From Lama guanicoe (lineage: Eukaryota), in NCBI GenBank assembly GCA_013239625.1, contig MU053493.1, forward strand, positions 2,117,793 through 2,181,792: 64,000 nt of DNA, written 5' to 3'. The notes under the pieces were generated by a model, which saw only the letters and a program-made list of their open reading frames with translations, was not told where the DNA came from and did no database searches. Position 1 is the first letter of the stretch; each line of letters begins with the position of its first letter. The translations under genes and the position numbers were made by a program. Positions 41,324-54,106 of this stretch are shown here, one piece after another.

Positions 41324-42229
41324 CAGGAATTCTAGGGGAGATTCCACAAGAAATAAAAAAAATAATTGGGTGTAGGAAGGACAGTGGATATTGACTGGGA
41401 TGAGATCAAAGTGGAAATTCTCAGTTTAGACCTTGTTATACTTAGAAATTCTAAACCACGTAAATATGTTACCTACTCAGAATACAAAATTTAGGGCAAA
41501 GTCCACTTTCAGATAGAAACTAAATGTCATATAAATTAAGGAAGAAAGGTCATTTGTTACATATAAATTTAAGATACATAAAAGGGAATTATCTAGGTTT
41601 ATTCAAAAGATGAATTCCTGAAGAAGACAATTTTTTAAAGCACAGAGATGGAATTCTTTTAAGTGTGACACTAGATACCATATTTTAAAAATATACAGTA
41701 TCCTAAGAATCGCAGAGAGGAATACGAGGTTGGGAAAGAGTGGTACCCGGGACTGGGCAGGGTCACCCGGGGCTGGGCGCATCCACATCAAGTGGGGGCC
41801 GTGTGCCTCTGCTTTCTGCATGGGTCCCTTCTGCCGCCAAAGCGCTGGCCAATTCCAGCACAGGAGGGTCGAGGCCCTGGGGGACAGCAGTGCAGAACAC
41901 CACTGAATGATCTGGGGCAATCAAGATCCCTTGCTTGGAGGGACAACCTTGCTCCATGCCCTGAGGTGCTGCCTCCTGTCCCAGCTCACCCTCCTGGCCC
42001 CTCACATTGCTTCTGTGTCTTGGGCTTTGCTTTGGAGATCATCTGAAAATAACTCCAAGGTGGAGAGAGGTCTTTGGAATCCAAGATACCCAGGAATTGC
42101 AGACCCTATTCTTATTTATATCCCCAGGCATCCATGCTGATTATGTCTACCTCCTGCCCACATCCTTCCGTGGAGGCAACTGCCCATGAGATACATCCCC
42201 TGGTGAGGCAGAATAGCGACAATAATAGT

Positions 42230-42430
42230 AGCAGACGCTTATTACTGGCCAGACATGGATGTAAGCACCTTCTTATTAACCATGTTCATTCTCACCACAA
42301 CCCCGTGAATTACCATTATTGTTCCTGTTTTTCAGAGCGGGAAACCGAGGCACAGAGAAATCAACAACATCTTAAAGGTCTGCCAGCTGGCGGACAGCGA
42401 GGGCAAGGACTGACTCTGAGCGGGTGTACT
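42230..42430 (-). mobile_element. MIR fragment
   Basis: attctcaccacaaccccgtga...tttcagagcgggaaaccgaggcacagaga. Confidence 0.65.
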
Positions 42431-42498
42431 CCAGAGCCTGTGTTCTCCACGTGGAGCCATCCCATATCCCACATGACAAATGCCAAGATGCAGACTTC

Positions 42499-43337
42499 TG
42501 TAATAGAAACGAGCAGATCTGACTCCATGTTAGATCTGTTCCTTTGGCTTGAACACTGTGTCCTGTCTCCTGGCCTGAGTCATGCTGGTTCTGTACTTTT
42601 TGTAAAAGAATGTTGCCTAGAGCCTAAAATATACAGGAGAGCCTATTCTCAAGGCTCTGACCTTCAAGGGTATGATACTTACCCATTCAAATAGAGATAA
42701 AAAGTTGCAGAACAGAGAGTAACATTGGTCTCCTTGGAGGTTTATGGGAACATGGTGACCTGACCTATGCGGACAGCTGTAAAAACAAAGGATTCCAATA
42801 CTAAGAAGTTTGTAACAACCAACTGTAACAGAAAAAGAACAAATCTGACTCCATATTAGATCTGTTCCTTTGGCTTTAACTCTGTGCCCTGTTTTCTAGG
42901 CTCAGTCTTGCTGGCTCTGCACCTTTTGTAAAAGAATGTTGCCTTTAGCCTGAAATATACAGGAGAGCCTATTCTCAAGGCTCTGGCCTTTAAGGATATT
43001 AACACTTTTACACTTACATAAAGATAACAAATTGCAGAACAGAAAATAACATTTGTTTTCTTGGAGGTTTCACAGGAGCATAATGACCTGACCCACCTGA
43101 ACAGCTGCAAGAACAAAGAACTCCCACACCAAGAAGTTTGCATCAACCAACCACACCTTTTAGTATAAAAGGAGCCTGTATTCCGACTTGGGGAAGATGG
43201 TCCTCCAGGACATTAGTCTGCCATCTTCTCGGTTTGCCGAATTTCCGAATAAAGTCACTATTCCTGGCCCCAACAGCTCGTCTCCCAATTTATTGGCCTG
43301 TAGTGCAGCGAGCAGAATGAGTTTGGACTCAGTAACA
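42499..43337 (+). mobile_element. Composite family A LTR: 5' part (42499-42823) fused to a full LTR (42824-43337)
   Basis: Two tgtaa(t/c)agaaa starts and one agtaaca end. Flanks acttc / atttc. Confidence 0.85.
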
Positions 43338-43449
43338 ATTTCAGCCTCTGCTCCCCAACCCCATCAGGCAGCTCAGGGGTCTCAGACACCCTAGGCTCCC
43401 ACCTCCAAATGGCTACATGGTCCATTCCCATCTACCTGGAAAGAGGAAA

Positions 43450-43635
43450 TATATTTATTTTTAAATTTTTTATACATATACATATATTCATTTTAATATT
43501 CATTTTCTTTAGAGTTTACTACAAGATATTGAATATAGTTCCCTATGCTATACAGAAGAAACGTGTTGTTTATCTATTTTACATATAGTAGTTAGCATCT
43601 GCAAATCTTGAACTCCCAATTTATCCCTTCCCACT
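43450..43635 (-). mobile_element. Short L1 3'-end fragment
   Basis: acaagatattgaatatagttccctatgctatacag...ctcccaatttatcccttcccac. Confidence 0.75.
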
Positions 43636-44848
43636 CAGGATATTTTTATTTAAAGAAAACCTTCCTTAAGAATTGCACATAAAAAAGTACTCAGAATAAG
43701 AGACGAACAGGGAGAGACATCTGGGAGGCAACTATCTGGAAGTGGAGGAATCCCAGGCTGAAAACATCACTATAGGTCTGCACCAAGAGTACATTTTGGC
43801 AAGACTACCTTATCAGTTCACACCGCAAAAGAGCAACAGTCCCTCAGACACAAGCCATCCTGGTTCTTGAAATAAAACTGCAAACTCAAAGTGGCATCAT
43901 GGGAAATACATCAATTTTTGCAACTGTTTTTGGGATATTTTCAAGTGGATAAAATGATTTTCAAGGCAGTCTGTGAGAACAGTCCATTGGGGAGGTCTAC
44001 AAAGCTCCTCATGAAGTTTCCAACCAGGGTTATTTTGACACAAGCTTAGGCAGAAACCCCTTTTGTCACTTATGACTTCTAATTAGAATTCTACTTGTCT
44101 GTCTCTCTGGTCCTTCCTAATAGACTGATCAACAATGTGATCTGACTTTGCTCATCTTGGAACCCATTCAGTAAGTAACGTGGACCTGCCAAGGGCTGGG
44201 ATAGTGACGTGCATTTGCCGATAGGTAGCTGCCACTTGGTAGATTAAGGCAGGTGATGGACCAGGAACAAGAATATAAGAATCTGCACTGGGGAATCAGA
44301 GTCATAGAAAACCAGGTCTGAAATCCAGAAAAGCAGAAAGAGGTGATATTAACAAACAGATACCAGAGTTGGGGAACAGAGCCCAAATCTGGGCTCTGGG
44401 GAGGAAGGATGGGCTGGGGGTGGGGGTGGGGTAGGTAACACTAAGCTCTAACTGTTACCTGGAACAGCTCAGGGCAGAGAGCAGCCAGAAAACACCAAAG
44501 TTCCCAGAAGTACCTTCTTTCAAGTCTTTAAAACACATCATACCATTACCATCTCAGGGCTTTTGTGCCTCAGCCCCTCAGCATCCTACAGCTGCCTCTG
44601 AGCACTCTTCATGCCTCGAATTGGTGCTCTTGCTTTCTGTCTGATCTCCTGCAGCCCATCCCAGTATGATCTTACCTTTCTTGTTCATCCCTGCATCTGA
44701 ACACCTGAGTCTTGACCAGAGACACCTCTGGTAAAAACATTGGCTGGCCGAATGAACAAATGAGATCCATTTCACAGGCAAACCCCTGCACGCCCACCCA
44801 CTTCTTAGTGATACTGAGTGCAACTGGGGAGGGAAAATAATACAATTA

Positions 44849-45307
44849 TGAGACAGGCTGGCACCTGGCACCTGGGACCCTGTGCTGCAGTGCTGGCACC
44901 CAGAAAAACATCTCCTCGAGCAACAGAATACAAAGAAGCTACAAAGGACTAAAAATAACTACATGCATGTGCAGTTGGGGCAAACTATGAACAAGACAGA
45001 AGAAGACCAAAAACCCAACTGGCATTTCTGAGGAGTCTACAGCAAAAGCAGGGTACCACACATGATCTCTGAACATAGCTCCACCAAGATGGTGGGAAGA
45101 CCACTTATGCCATTCTGTGGACCCACCCCTACCCTCACCCCACTTAAGGAATCAGTCCACCCTCTTCAAAGAGCAAAACAGGTCACCTGTTTCTTATTTT
45201 TGCTCCCTCCTGCTGCACACGTCTCAGTAAAGACTTGCCTGAATTTCTTGTCTGGCCTCTTGTCAATTTCTATTGATTAAGTAATCCAAGAACCCTGGTA
45301 GGTAACA
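44849..45307 (+). mobile_element. Solo ERV1-class LTR, family D
   Basis: tgagacaggctgg...ccaagaaccctggtaggtaaca. TSD atta at 44845-44848 and 45308-45311. Confidence 0.8.
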
Positions 45308-46744
45308 ATTATATATAAATCTAAACACAAGCTGGGAAAAAAATGCCTCCTGTAAGTTAGACAGTGTTAATGAAAATGTAATAGTCAATATTCTTCTTTC
45401 CATATCTAGCCTCTGAATTCAGATCAAGCCAACAAGATCATTCAGTCCCTTAGACTTAATTTGAGAGCTTCAGCTCAAATATCTTATCAAATGCAGTTGC
45501 AATGAATAAAAAACCAAGCTGGAGGAGCAGGGTCCCTGTGATGGGACCACAAGCAGCAGCTCTGGCTGTTCAAAGTTCTCCCAAGTGTCACGTGCTCAGC
45601 TGATGCCCCTCCCAGAGCAGGTGAGCCACTGGGGCTGCTGTCATACTGCTGCTGCGACATCTGCTTTCCCAAGCTTTCCCAAAAATCTCATCAGGCTCAC
45701 ACTCGGTCAGCACAACTCCCTTTGCCCTGCAAAACCTGCTCCCACCAGGAAATGCCAGAAGAGTATGCTCCTTTCTGAACGGTACCCTAAAAAACAAAAT
45801 CCTACCACACATCCCCATATTAAACAGAGTAAAATGCAAGGACTCGGTTTTATACCCATACAACTGCAAAGACAAAATAAGAGTCAGACTGTGAAATCCA
45901 GATTAACATACCTATTGAAATACACAGAACAGTTTAATCAGGAAAGTTACAAGCTGTATTGCATACAAATTGGCATCAATCATGAATACATGAATTTTGG
46001 CTTTTTATAGTTCGTGCACGGGACTTATTTACACAGCACACTGACAAACCGAAATGTAAACTAACAATACAAATGATAACACAAACTGGAAACATCCCAA
46101 GCTGCCAGATATCGGAGGAATGCAGTGTTTTTAACTTCCTAGAACATGAAAAACTTACAGTGATAACAATTAATTCACAGCAAGGCAAGAGGGGAGGAAA
46201 CAGCAGACCAAAACAGAATCAATTATGACCTGTTTTCCATTTTCTGCAGACACTGAAGACCATCTTACCTCTGACCAGAGACATCTCTGTTTAAGGCTTC
46301 CCCATATTCGGAAAGACAAACATGGCCAACCAAGCTATAAATGATTTATTATTTCATGCAACTTTTCAAATTAAGAGACCAAATTCATTCATTTATTTTA
46401 CAAAATCAGGTGTGAAGATATATTGTCCACAGTTGATGGATTAAGAAACTGAGATTTAAGTATAGTATTTTATGTTATGGCTGTAACCAACAGTGAATGT
46501 AAAGACAGCATACAGCCTCATTACATGATAGTTATCCATCAAATAGAAAGTCAAGTATAAATGAGCAAAGAGGAGAAATCAATAAACGATAATGCAGTCA
46601 TAGATTACTTGGTGGCACGGACATATCCACTAGAAAAATTAAAATCAAATTATTAAAATTTCAGCCCCCGAGGATCACAGGTAGCAGAGGCACAGAAGGA
46701 GGAGTGGAAGAAAGTGACCTCACTGTTAGCTCTTCTGGACCAGA

Positions 46745-48371
46745 TTCGCCACCAATTTTCCTACTGAGTTACTTGCTTCTTACATATTAACCTGTTGCTA
46801 TTTAGAATCTCTGCCCATGAACCCTTTCCCAAGTACACGTTTGATATACATCTTCACCCCATTAGTGGCTTACCTTTTACCTTTATGGTGTTTTTCTGAA
46901 GCACAGAACCTTTTCAGTTTTAATATTTTCCTTTATGGTGTATCTTTTCTTTATGCTTTTTGTGTTCTTTTACTTTTCAAATCTGTCTTTAATTCACACT
47001 GGATTGACTTTTCCATCTTGTGTGAGGCAGGGTCTCACTTTGTTCTGTACCTTTTTTCACGTGGATGCCCAGTTGTACATGTGGCTTTTGTTGACTAGCC
47101 ATCCATCCTTGCCCAAACAATTTAAATAACATCATTTCTGTGATCAATCAAATCTAATATTCATAAGTGTGTCTGGGCTCTCTATTCTGCTCTACTCGTC
47201 TATTGGATTATTCCTATACTAACACCATACCATTTTAATTACCATGGTTTAAAATAAATATCTCCGCATCTGGTAGAGTAGGTCCTACTTGCTAGATCTA
47301 CTTCAAAGATGGCTTGGCTGTTCACAGATCTTTTACACTTATGTATGAATCTTGTGATGAGCTAATTAAGTTTTACCAAAAAAAAAATCCCTCTGAGATT
47401 TTGATAGAAATTGCACTGAAATCATAGGTTAATTTACAAGGACTTTCATCTTTATGACATCAAACTTCCCTCGTTAGAATATGCCCTCTTTTCATTTTAT
47501 CAGGCTTTGAATGTCCCTCAATAAAAGTCTTATGTATCTTTTATTAAATTTAGTCATAGCTTTTAATTAAGTTTTTGAAATACAGTTTTCAAACTGGTTT
47601 ATGTTATTAGGCTAAATGCTTTTTGGTCTTTGTAATTGGATCATACCTTATCTTCTTATTGGTTCTAGTAGTCTGGAGGTTTCCATGGATTTTCTATGTA
47701 GATAACCAAACAGTATATAAATAGAGATTTCTACTTCCTTTACTTGTAATTTACTTTTTTCTTATCTAATTGCACTGGCTAGTGTCCCCAAGGACAAAAT
47801 GAATAGAAGTGATGACAGCAGGCAGTCCTGTATTGTTCCCTGTCTAATTTCAAACATTTCAAAAAATATATAGCAAATGCTGTAGGTTTTTTTGCTAGAT
47901 ACGCTTTAACAAGTTAAAGGAGTTCTTTCTATCCTCGTTTTTATATTATGAATTTGAATAAATGCTTCTGCAACATTTATTGAGAAAATTACACGGCTTG
48001 CCATCTTTAATATTTAATGTTGGAAACTGATGGATTTTAAAAGTGAACCCAATCTTTCTTCCCTGAAATAAACTGTATTTAAGTTTTTAATGCATTTTAA
48101 TATAAATTGCTATAATTTGCTATAATTTTTTTGGCCACCTATGCTTATGAGTGAAACTGGCTTATAATTTTCTTTTCCTTTTACTTTTCTTGACTAGTTT
48201 AGCTATTATGTTAATCCAGATTAATAAAATAACTTGAGTAGTTTCCTCCTCTTTTTCTATTACTGTTCCTTAAGTTTTGCTAAAAATCACCTGTATCTAA
48301 GCCTGGCGTCTATCAGGGAACAGGGAGATTATGAACTCCAATTCAAGTTCTTTAACAGTTATTGCTCTATT
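46745..48371 (-). mobile_element. Old L1 ORF2 fragment (continues ~51366-51680), target of the young L1
   Basis: Antisense L1 motifs tctgggctctctattctg, ttttgatagaaattgcactgaa and ttgcactggctag. Confidence 0.65.
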
Positions 48372-48743
48372 TGGGTTTTCTATTTCAACTAAATCTTTGT
48401 TTTATTTATTTATTTATTTATTTACTTACTTATTTATTTATTTACTTATTTATTTACTTATTTATTTATTTATAAATTTTTTTAGCTTTAACATTTTTTA
48501 TTGAGTAATAGTATTTTTACAATGTTGTGTCAAATTCCAGTGTAACACACAATTTTTCAGTTATACATGAACATACATATATTCACTGTCACATTTTTTT
48601 TCACTGTGAACTACCACAAGATCTTGTATATATTTCCCTGTGCTATACAGTATAATCTTGTTCATCTATTCTATATTTTGAAATCCCAGCCTGTCCCTTC
48701 CCAACCCCCACCCCCTTGACAACCACAAGTTTGTATTCTATGT

Positions 48744-49168
48744 CTATGAGTCTGTTTCTGTTTTGTATTTATGGGGGGTTTTTTCTTTTTTTTTTTTTAA
48801 GATTCCACCTATGAGTGATCTAATATGGTATTTTTCTTTCTCTTTCTGGCTTACTTCACTTAGAATGACATTCTCCAGGAACATCCATGTTGCTGCAAAT
48901 GGCATTATGTTGTCAGTTTTTATGGCTGAGTAGTATTCCATGGTATAAATATACCACATCTTCTTTATCCAGTCATCTGTTGATGGACATTTAGGCTGTT
49001 TCCATGTCTTGGCTATTGTAAATAGTGCTGCTGTGAACACTGGGGTGCAGGTGTCATCTTGAAGTAGGGTTCCTTCAGGATATATGCCCAGGAGCGGGAT
49101 GACTGGGTCATATGATAAGTCTATTCCTAGTCTTTTGAGGAATCTCCATACTGTTTTCCACAGTGGCT
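48744..49168 (-). pseudogene. LINE-1 ORF2 C-terminal remnant
   Basis: PLWKTVWRFLKRL...YDPVIPLLGIYP...FTAALFTIAKTWKQPKCPSTDDWIKKMWYIYTMEYYSAIK, the typical ORF2p C-terminal segment. Confidence 0.9.
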
Positions 49169-49355
49169 TTCCTTGCTTCCCTCTCCCACGCTTAATGATT
49201 TAGATGTCTTCTTTTACAATTTTGTGTTTATTCTTTTTGGAATTCATGATAGTTATCACCTTTCCAGTTATGAGTTTCTCATTTTTGTAGCATCTTGCTT
49301 CTTTTCTATTTAGAGTAGACCTGTCAATATTTCTTTTAGCATGGGTTTAATGTTG

Positions 49356-50216
49356 CTAAACTCTGTTAAAAAGTTTTTGCTTGTCTGTGAAGTTCTTTAT
49401 CTCTCCTTCTGTTCTAAAGGATAGCCTTGCTGGATAGAGTATCCTAGGCTGCATCTTTTTTTCATTCAGGACTTTGAATATATCTTGCCAGTCTCTTCTG
49501 GCCTGTAGTGTTTGTGTAGAGAAATCAGCTGAGAGCCTTATGGGGGTTCCTTTGTAACTCACTCTTTGTTTTTCTCTTGTAGCCTTTAGGATCATTTCTT
49601 TATCCTTGACTCTAGCCATCTTGATTATGATATGTCTTGGTGTGGGTCTGTTTGGGTTCTTCCTGTTTAGGACCCTCTGAGCCTCCTGTACTTGGATATC
49701 TGATTCCTTCTTTAGGTTTGGGAAGTTTTCAGTCATGATTTCTTCAAATACTTTTTCAATCCCCTTTGTTCTTTCTTCCCCTTCTGGAACCCCTATTATG
49801 CATAGATTGGCACGCTTTGTATTATCCCATAGGTCCCTTATATTGTTTTCATTGTTTTTCATTTGTTTTTCTCTCAGCTGTTCTGATTGGGTGCTCTCTG
49901 TTGTCCTGTCTTCTAGGTCACTTTTCCGTTCCTCTGCATTATCTAGTCTGCTTTGCACAACCTTTAGGTCAGCTCTCATCTCAGTAAATGAGTTTACTAA
50001 TTCTACTTGGTTCTTCTTTATAGCTTCTATTTCATTTTTGACATATTTTATATCTCTAAACACTATTTCTTTTAGTTCCTTCAGTACTTTGATCAGTCCT
50101 TTTTTGAAATCTTGATCTAGTAGGCCATCAATGTCTATTTCCTTGATCGTGCTTTCAGGGGATTTCTCTTGATCTTTTAATTGGGAGTGGTTCCTCTGCT
50201 TCTTCATATTGCTCAT
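49356..50216 (-). CDS. LINE-1 ORF1p (286 aa, frameshifted near the C-terminus)
   Basis: Coiled coil plus L1 ORF1 motifs NLCIIGVPEGEE, RPTPRHIIIKM, YKGTPIRLSADFS and PRILYPARLSF. An apparent 4-T insertion after KQKL shifts the frame; the native tail EFSNIKPMLKEILTGLL* continues to 49310. Confidence 0.92.
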   Translation of the reverse strand: MSNMKKQRNHSQLKDQEKSPESTIKEIDIDGLLDQDFKKGLIKVLKELKEIVFRDIKYVKNEIEAIKKNQVELVNSFTEMRADLKVVQSRLDNAEERKSDLEDRTTESTQSEQLREKQMKNNENNIRDLWDNTKRANLCIIGVPEGEERTKGIEKVFEEIMTENFPNLKKESDIQVQEAQRVLNRKNPNRPTPRHIIIKMARVKDKEMILKATREKQRVSYKGTPIRLSADFSTQTLQARRDWQDIFKVLNEKKMQPRILYPARLSFRTEGEIKNFTDKQKLFNRV

Positions 50217-53124
50217 ATCTCTCTGGCACTGTGGCCTATAGGCAGGTGGGTCACTCCCCCTCCCGATGCTGTAGTCAGATGCTGCGCTCAGGCGAGGCAG
50301 GTGGGCAGATCACGCCCCCCCCCCAGCACTGTGGCCAGGTGCTGCATTCCTGCCAGGAAGGCGGGTGGCTGCTCACCCTCTCCTGGCACCGGTCTGCTGC
50401 TTTGTGCCGCTGCCCCCTCCACCTTGGGTTGGAAATCTGTAGGTGGGCTCAGGGAAGACCGCCAAACAGCCCTGCCCCTGCTCCGTGCCAAATCTCAGCT
50501 CCTCATTTGTCTTGCCGGTGCAAGTTCTCTGAGGTGCCAGAGCAGAAAGATCCTATCTGCCTTGGGCTGTAAACAAATCTCAGTCCTGCCTAGGAGGTTG
50601 CGGAGCCCCTGGGTGCGGATTCAAGGCTCAGCCCCACCCCTACCCAGGCTCTGTGCACAGAAGGAGATGGTGGCTGTGGCTGAGCCCCACCTCTCCTCTC
50701 ACAAGAAGCGCCAGTAATGGCACTCCAGGTCTGAGGCGACAAAGGCTATGGCACCCCTCCCCACAGGGCACACCAGCCTTGTTGGGGTTTTTTTCGCAAT
50801 TTATGGGGGACCGAGGTTGTTCTGCTCCATATCCCTTCCCAGCCATGGCGTGCAACCACCTGCAGTCCCCCGGGGCTGCCTCAGTGCAGCTGCCCCAGTC
50901 CTCCACCTGGCTCGGGCAGCGTGTCCCGGCCCCACTTGCCAGCTCGCGTCTCAGGCTGGGTGTCATGGGGACCCTTTGTGCCCATTTAACTTAGTTCTGT
51001 TGGTCAAGGGGTGCTCAGGGCAGATTTGAGCCTCGGAGGCTTCCCCTCCATCCTGCTGGCCTCTCCATTGGAGAGGGGGAGACCCAGTGAATGAGCGCCA
51101 GTCCTCCTTTGCCACTCCCTTCCAGTGGGACTGGTCCCTCACTGTTTTGCTTTTTCTTCTTTCTTTTATCCTCTTCTCCTACCAGATTTTTGGCGTCTTT
51201 GTCTTTCGAAGAGGGCGATGTTCTGTTGGAGTTTGGCAGGTGCTCTGGTTGGCTGAGTGGGTCCGCAGATGTGGTAGATGTGAGTTTTGGTGTATTTGTG
51301 GGAGAGGGTGAGCTACAAGCATCCTTCTACTCTGCCATCTTGCTTCTCTCTGGGTTTTCTATTTCTATTGTATTTCTACTTACATTAATTTTGGCCCTTT
51401 TTTATTTATGAAAACTAGTCTTTTCATATAATTTTCAAATACACTGGCATAAGGTTGCAAATTATCATATAACGCCCAAAATCCCTGTGTTGCTTTCCTA
51501 TATTCCTTCTTTATTTCTCTACTGCTCATGTTTCTTTTTATCTTATTCTATAATTACAGAGACTTGTGTACCTATAACTCAAGTCGAAGAATTTTTAGCT
51601 GTTTCTATTATTATTCCCTGGACATCAATTTCATTATTTTTCTTTTTATCTTACTTAAATTTTCTTTTTGTGGATTTATGCTTGTACTTTGATGAACAAT
51701 TACAGGCATTTAAAGGAAATAATAAAGATCAGAGCAGACATAAATGAAAAAGACTAAAAAGATTATAAAAAAGTTCAATAAACCAAGAGCTGTTTCTTTG
51801 AGGAGACCAACAAAATTGACAAACCTTTAGCTGACTTACCAAGACAGAAAACAGAAGAACTTAAATTTATCTCTGGTGTTTGTAAAGTTTAAAAACCAAA
51901 CTCTGAAAAGAAAAAAAAACCTAGAATCCCCCCTACACACCCATAAAAAAGTTTGCAACACTCATTAATATTCAGTAAGAGATAAAGGAATTCATCAACA
52001 TTTAATTTATTCAACCATCATGGGAGTCTTCTTTGGGATGATGCTGATCTGGGCACTGAGGATACTTAAGTTGTTTATCCTCCAAGGAGGAAACAGAGGG
52101 GAAGAATTAGAAGTAATGATAACATGGCTAACAATATCAACAGCGATTCATGGTAATTTCTTCATTACTTACTATATGCCAGGTACCATTTGAAGTATTT
52201 CATATGAAATTTGTTTTTCAGATGATCCCATAAGGAGGGACAGAAGGTATTACTATTATAATTTCCATTTCACAGGCGAATCCCCAGGAACGGAGAGGGT
52301 GACAGCTAGCAAGTGGCAGGTGTATGATGCAAATCATTAATAGCCACGAGCACACTACACAGTCTCAGTGTCTCTGATGGAAGTCCTATTATGTCTCTAA
52401 CAGTTTCCAAAGCAGATCAGGTACTGTGACTAGTTACATGGCCTTTTTTCCCGGCTTATGGGATTACATTTTAAAGTCCTTTGGTTTCAGGAACGCGACT
52501 TCTCTCATTTCCGTCTTTGCTGACTGCCTTTTGCACGTGGCTTGTCCTCTGTCATCTGTCTGACATGTATCGTCAGCTCATTCATCATCTGACAGATTTA
52601 CTAACTCACTCATCCTGCTGCTGTTTACAAGCCTGTCCTTGGGCACATCCCCCGCACCCCGGCTGCCACTCATTCTGACGTGCCCACCGCCTGTCACTGT
52701 TTGCCTACGAAACCACCACTTTCCCTGGTAGCTGCTAGTCTCTAGTTTCTCAGATCATTTTCTTCCTTTTTGCTTATTAATCACTTTGGATAGTCCCTTG
52801 AGTTTTTTTTCTTCTTGTTGCTCTAGAATGGCCATTTTGTTCATTTGTTTTATTATCACATGACTTGATCCACCCCTTGTCATTTGACAGCTTTTCAGAT
52901 TCCATGAGTCAAGATACATTTGAATCTGTCTCTTGTTTCTACAGGACTAAACCCATACAGGTGTTGCTCCATGCAAAGTGACCTAGAATGTGCATGAGGG
53001 TGACACTGACAGCAGCATGCATCCACGATGGCACATGAGTATCTGGAATAAATGCACATTTCCCTGTCATAGGAAAGAAAACCCGAGAGTAGTAACATCT
53101 TATAAAATATCACGTAGCATCATT

Positions 53125-53270
53125 TTTTTTTTACTGAAGTATAGTCAGTTAATAATATTGCATCAATTTCTGGTGTACAGCATAGTGTTTCAGTCACCCA
53201 TATACAAACATATATTCTTTTTCATTATAGGTGATTAGAAGATACTGAATATAGTTCCTTGTGCTATTTT
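53125..53270 (-). mobile_element. Short L1 3'-end fragment
   Basis: tttactgaagtatagtcagtt...tttctggtgtacagcatagtg...gaatatagttccttgtgcta. Confidence 0.75.
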
Positions 53271-53299
53271 TTTAAAAACATTTTCCCCTCTTTTTATTT

Positions 53300-53460
53300 A
53301 TTTATTTTTTAATCATTCCATTTATTTTTAGTTTTTTTTCCCTAGGGGGAGGTAATTATGTTTATTTGTTTATTTATTTTAACAGAGGTACTGGGGACTG
53401 AACCCAGGACCTTGTGCATGCTAAGCACGCACTCCACCATTGAAGTTTACCCTCCACTCC
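53300..53460 (-). mobile_element. vic-1-like SINE
   Basis: gggggaggtaatta...gaggtactggggactgaacccaggaccttgtgcatgctaagcacgcactccacc. Confidence 0.85.
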
Positions 53461-53926
53461 AACAGCATTTTTCCAGTACTAAAAATATATCATTTATTCC
53501 CCTCATTTACAAAAATGGTAATATGTTCTCTCCTCGGTGATTGAAAAAGCAGCTCTCCTTAGTCTCCTATGGATTAGTGCCTTTGATGGTGCGTGCATGT
53601 CTCAAAAATTGGGTCTAAGCACAACACCCACAAGAGAATTGGTCAGGAAGCTCCCCGGATACAAGCTCCGCACACCTGCGAGGGAATGAGAGGCACCTGG
53701 AAGGGTCCTGTCTGGGGAGGCTGTTTGTCTGTACGTGTGTGTGTGTGTGTATGTGTGTGTGCCTATGCCCTGTGTACGCATGCATACCTGTCAGTCTGTA
53801 TGGGGATGTGTGTGCTGTATGCCTGTAAGTTTCTTTCTTTAAATATTCAATATTCAAGTAAAAATTTATTCACCTTGTAAGTTAAGCCTTAATATTTTAT
53901 TTAATATTGCCTCTAATTTATCACAG

Positions 53927-54093
53927 GAGTTATTTCTCCCCAAAATGTTACCCGCAGCTGGATTGAAAGCATATTTCGGAAACATGGCAATGCTGTTTGT
54001 ATAAGCAGAATACATTATAAGTCTACTGGGGATCTAAAGAGATTTGCCTTTGTGGAATTTGAAACAGAAGAACAAGCAGCAAAAGCTAGTGAG
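53927..54093 (+). pseudogene. LARP7: Decayed LARP7 RRM1 exon homolog
   Basis: Follows the acceptor ttatcacag. Translates as [52 protein letters not shown], versus recalled LARP7 [56 protein letters not shown] 2-nt frameshift lies near the start. Confidence 0.92.
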
Positions 54094-54106
54094 GCAGATC
54101 CAGAAC

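Larger units (their letters stand above)
48387..51350 (-). mobile_element. Relatively young 5'-complete LINE-1 with ORF1 retained and most of ORF2 missing
   Basis: Perfect 15-bp TSD tgggttttctatttc at 48372-48386 and 51351-51365. The 5' end gagagaagcaagatggc carries a YY1-type motif, followed by a GC-rich 5'UTR, ORF1, the ORF2 C-terminus, the 3'UTR and an (AAAT)n tail. Confidence 0.93.

Noticed and set aside
42074..42694. 206-aa ORF
   Set aside because: It runs through MIR and LTR sequence and has no recognisable domain.
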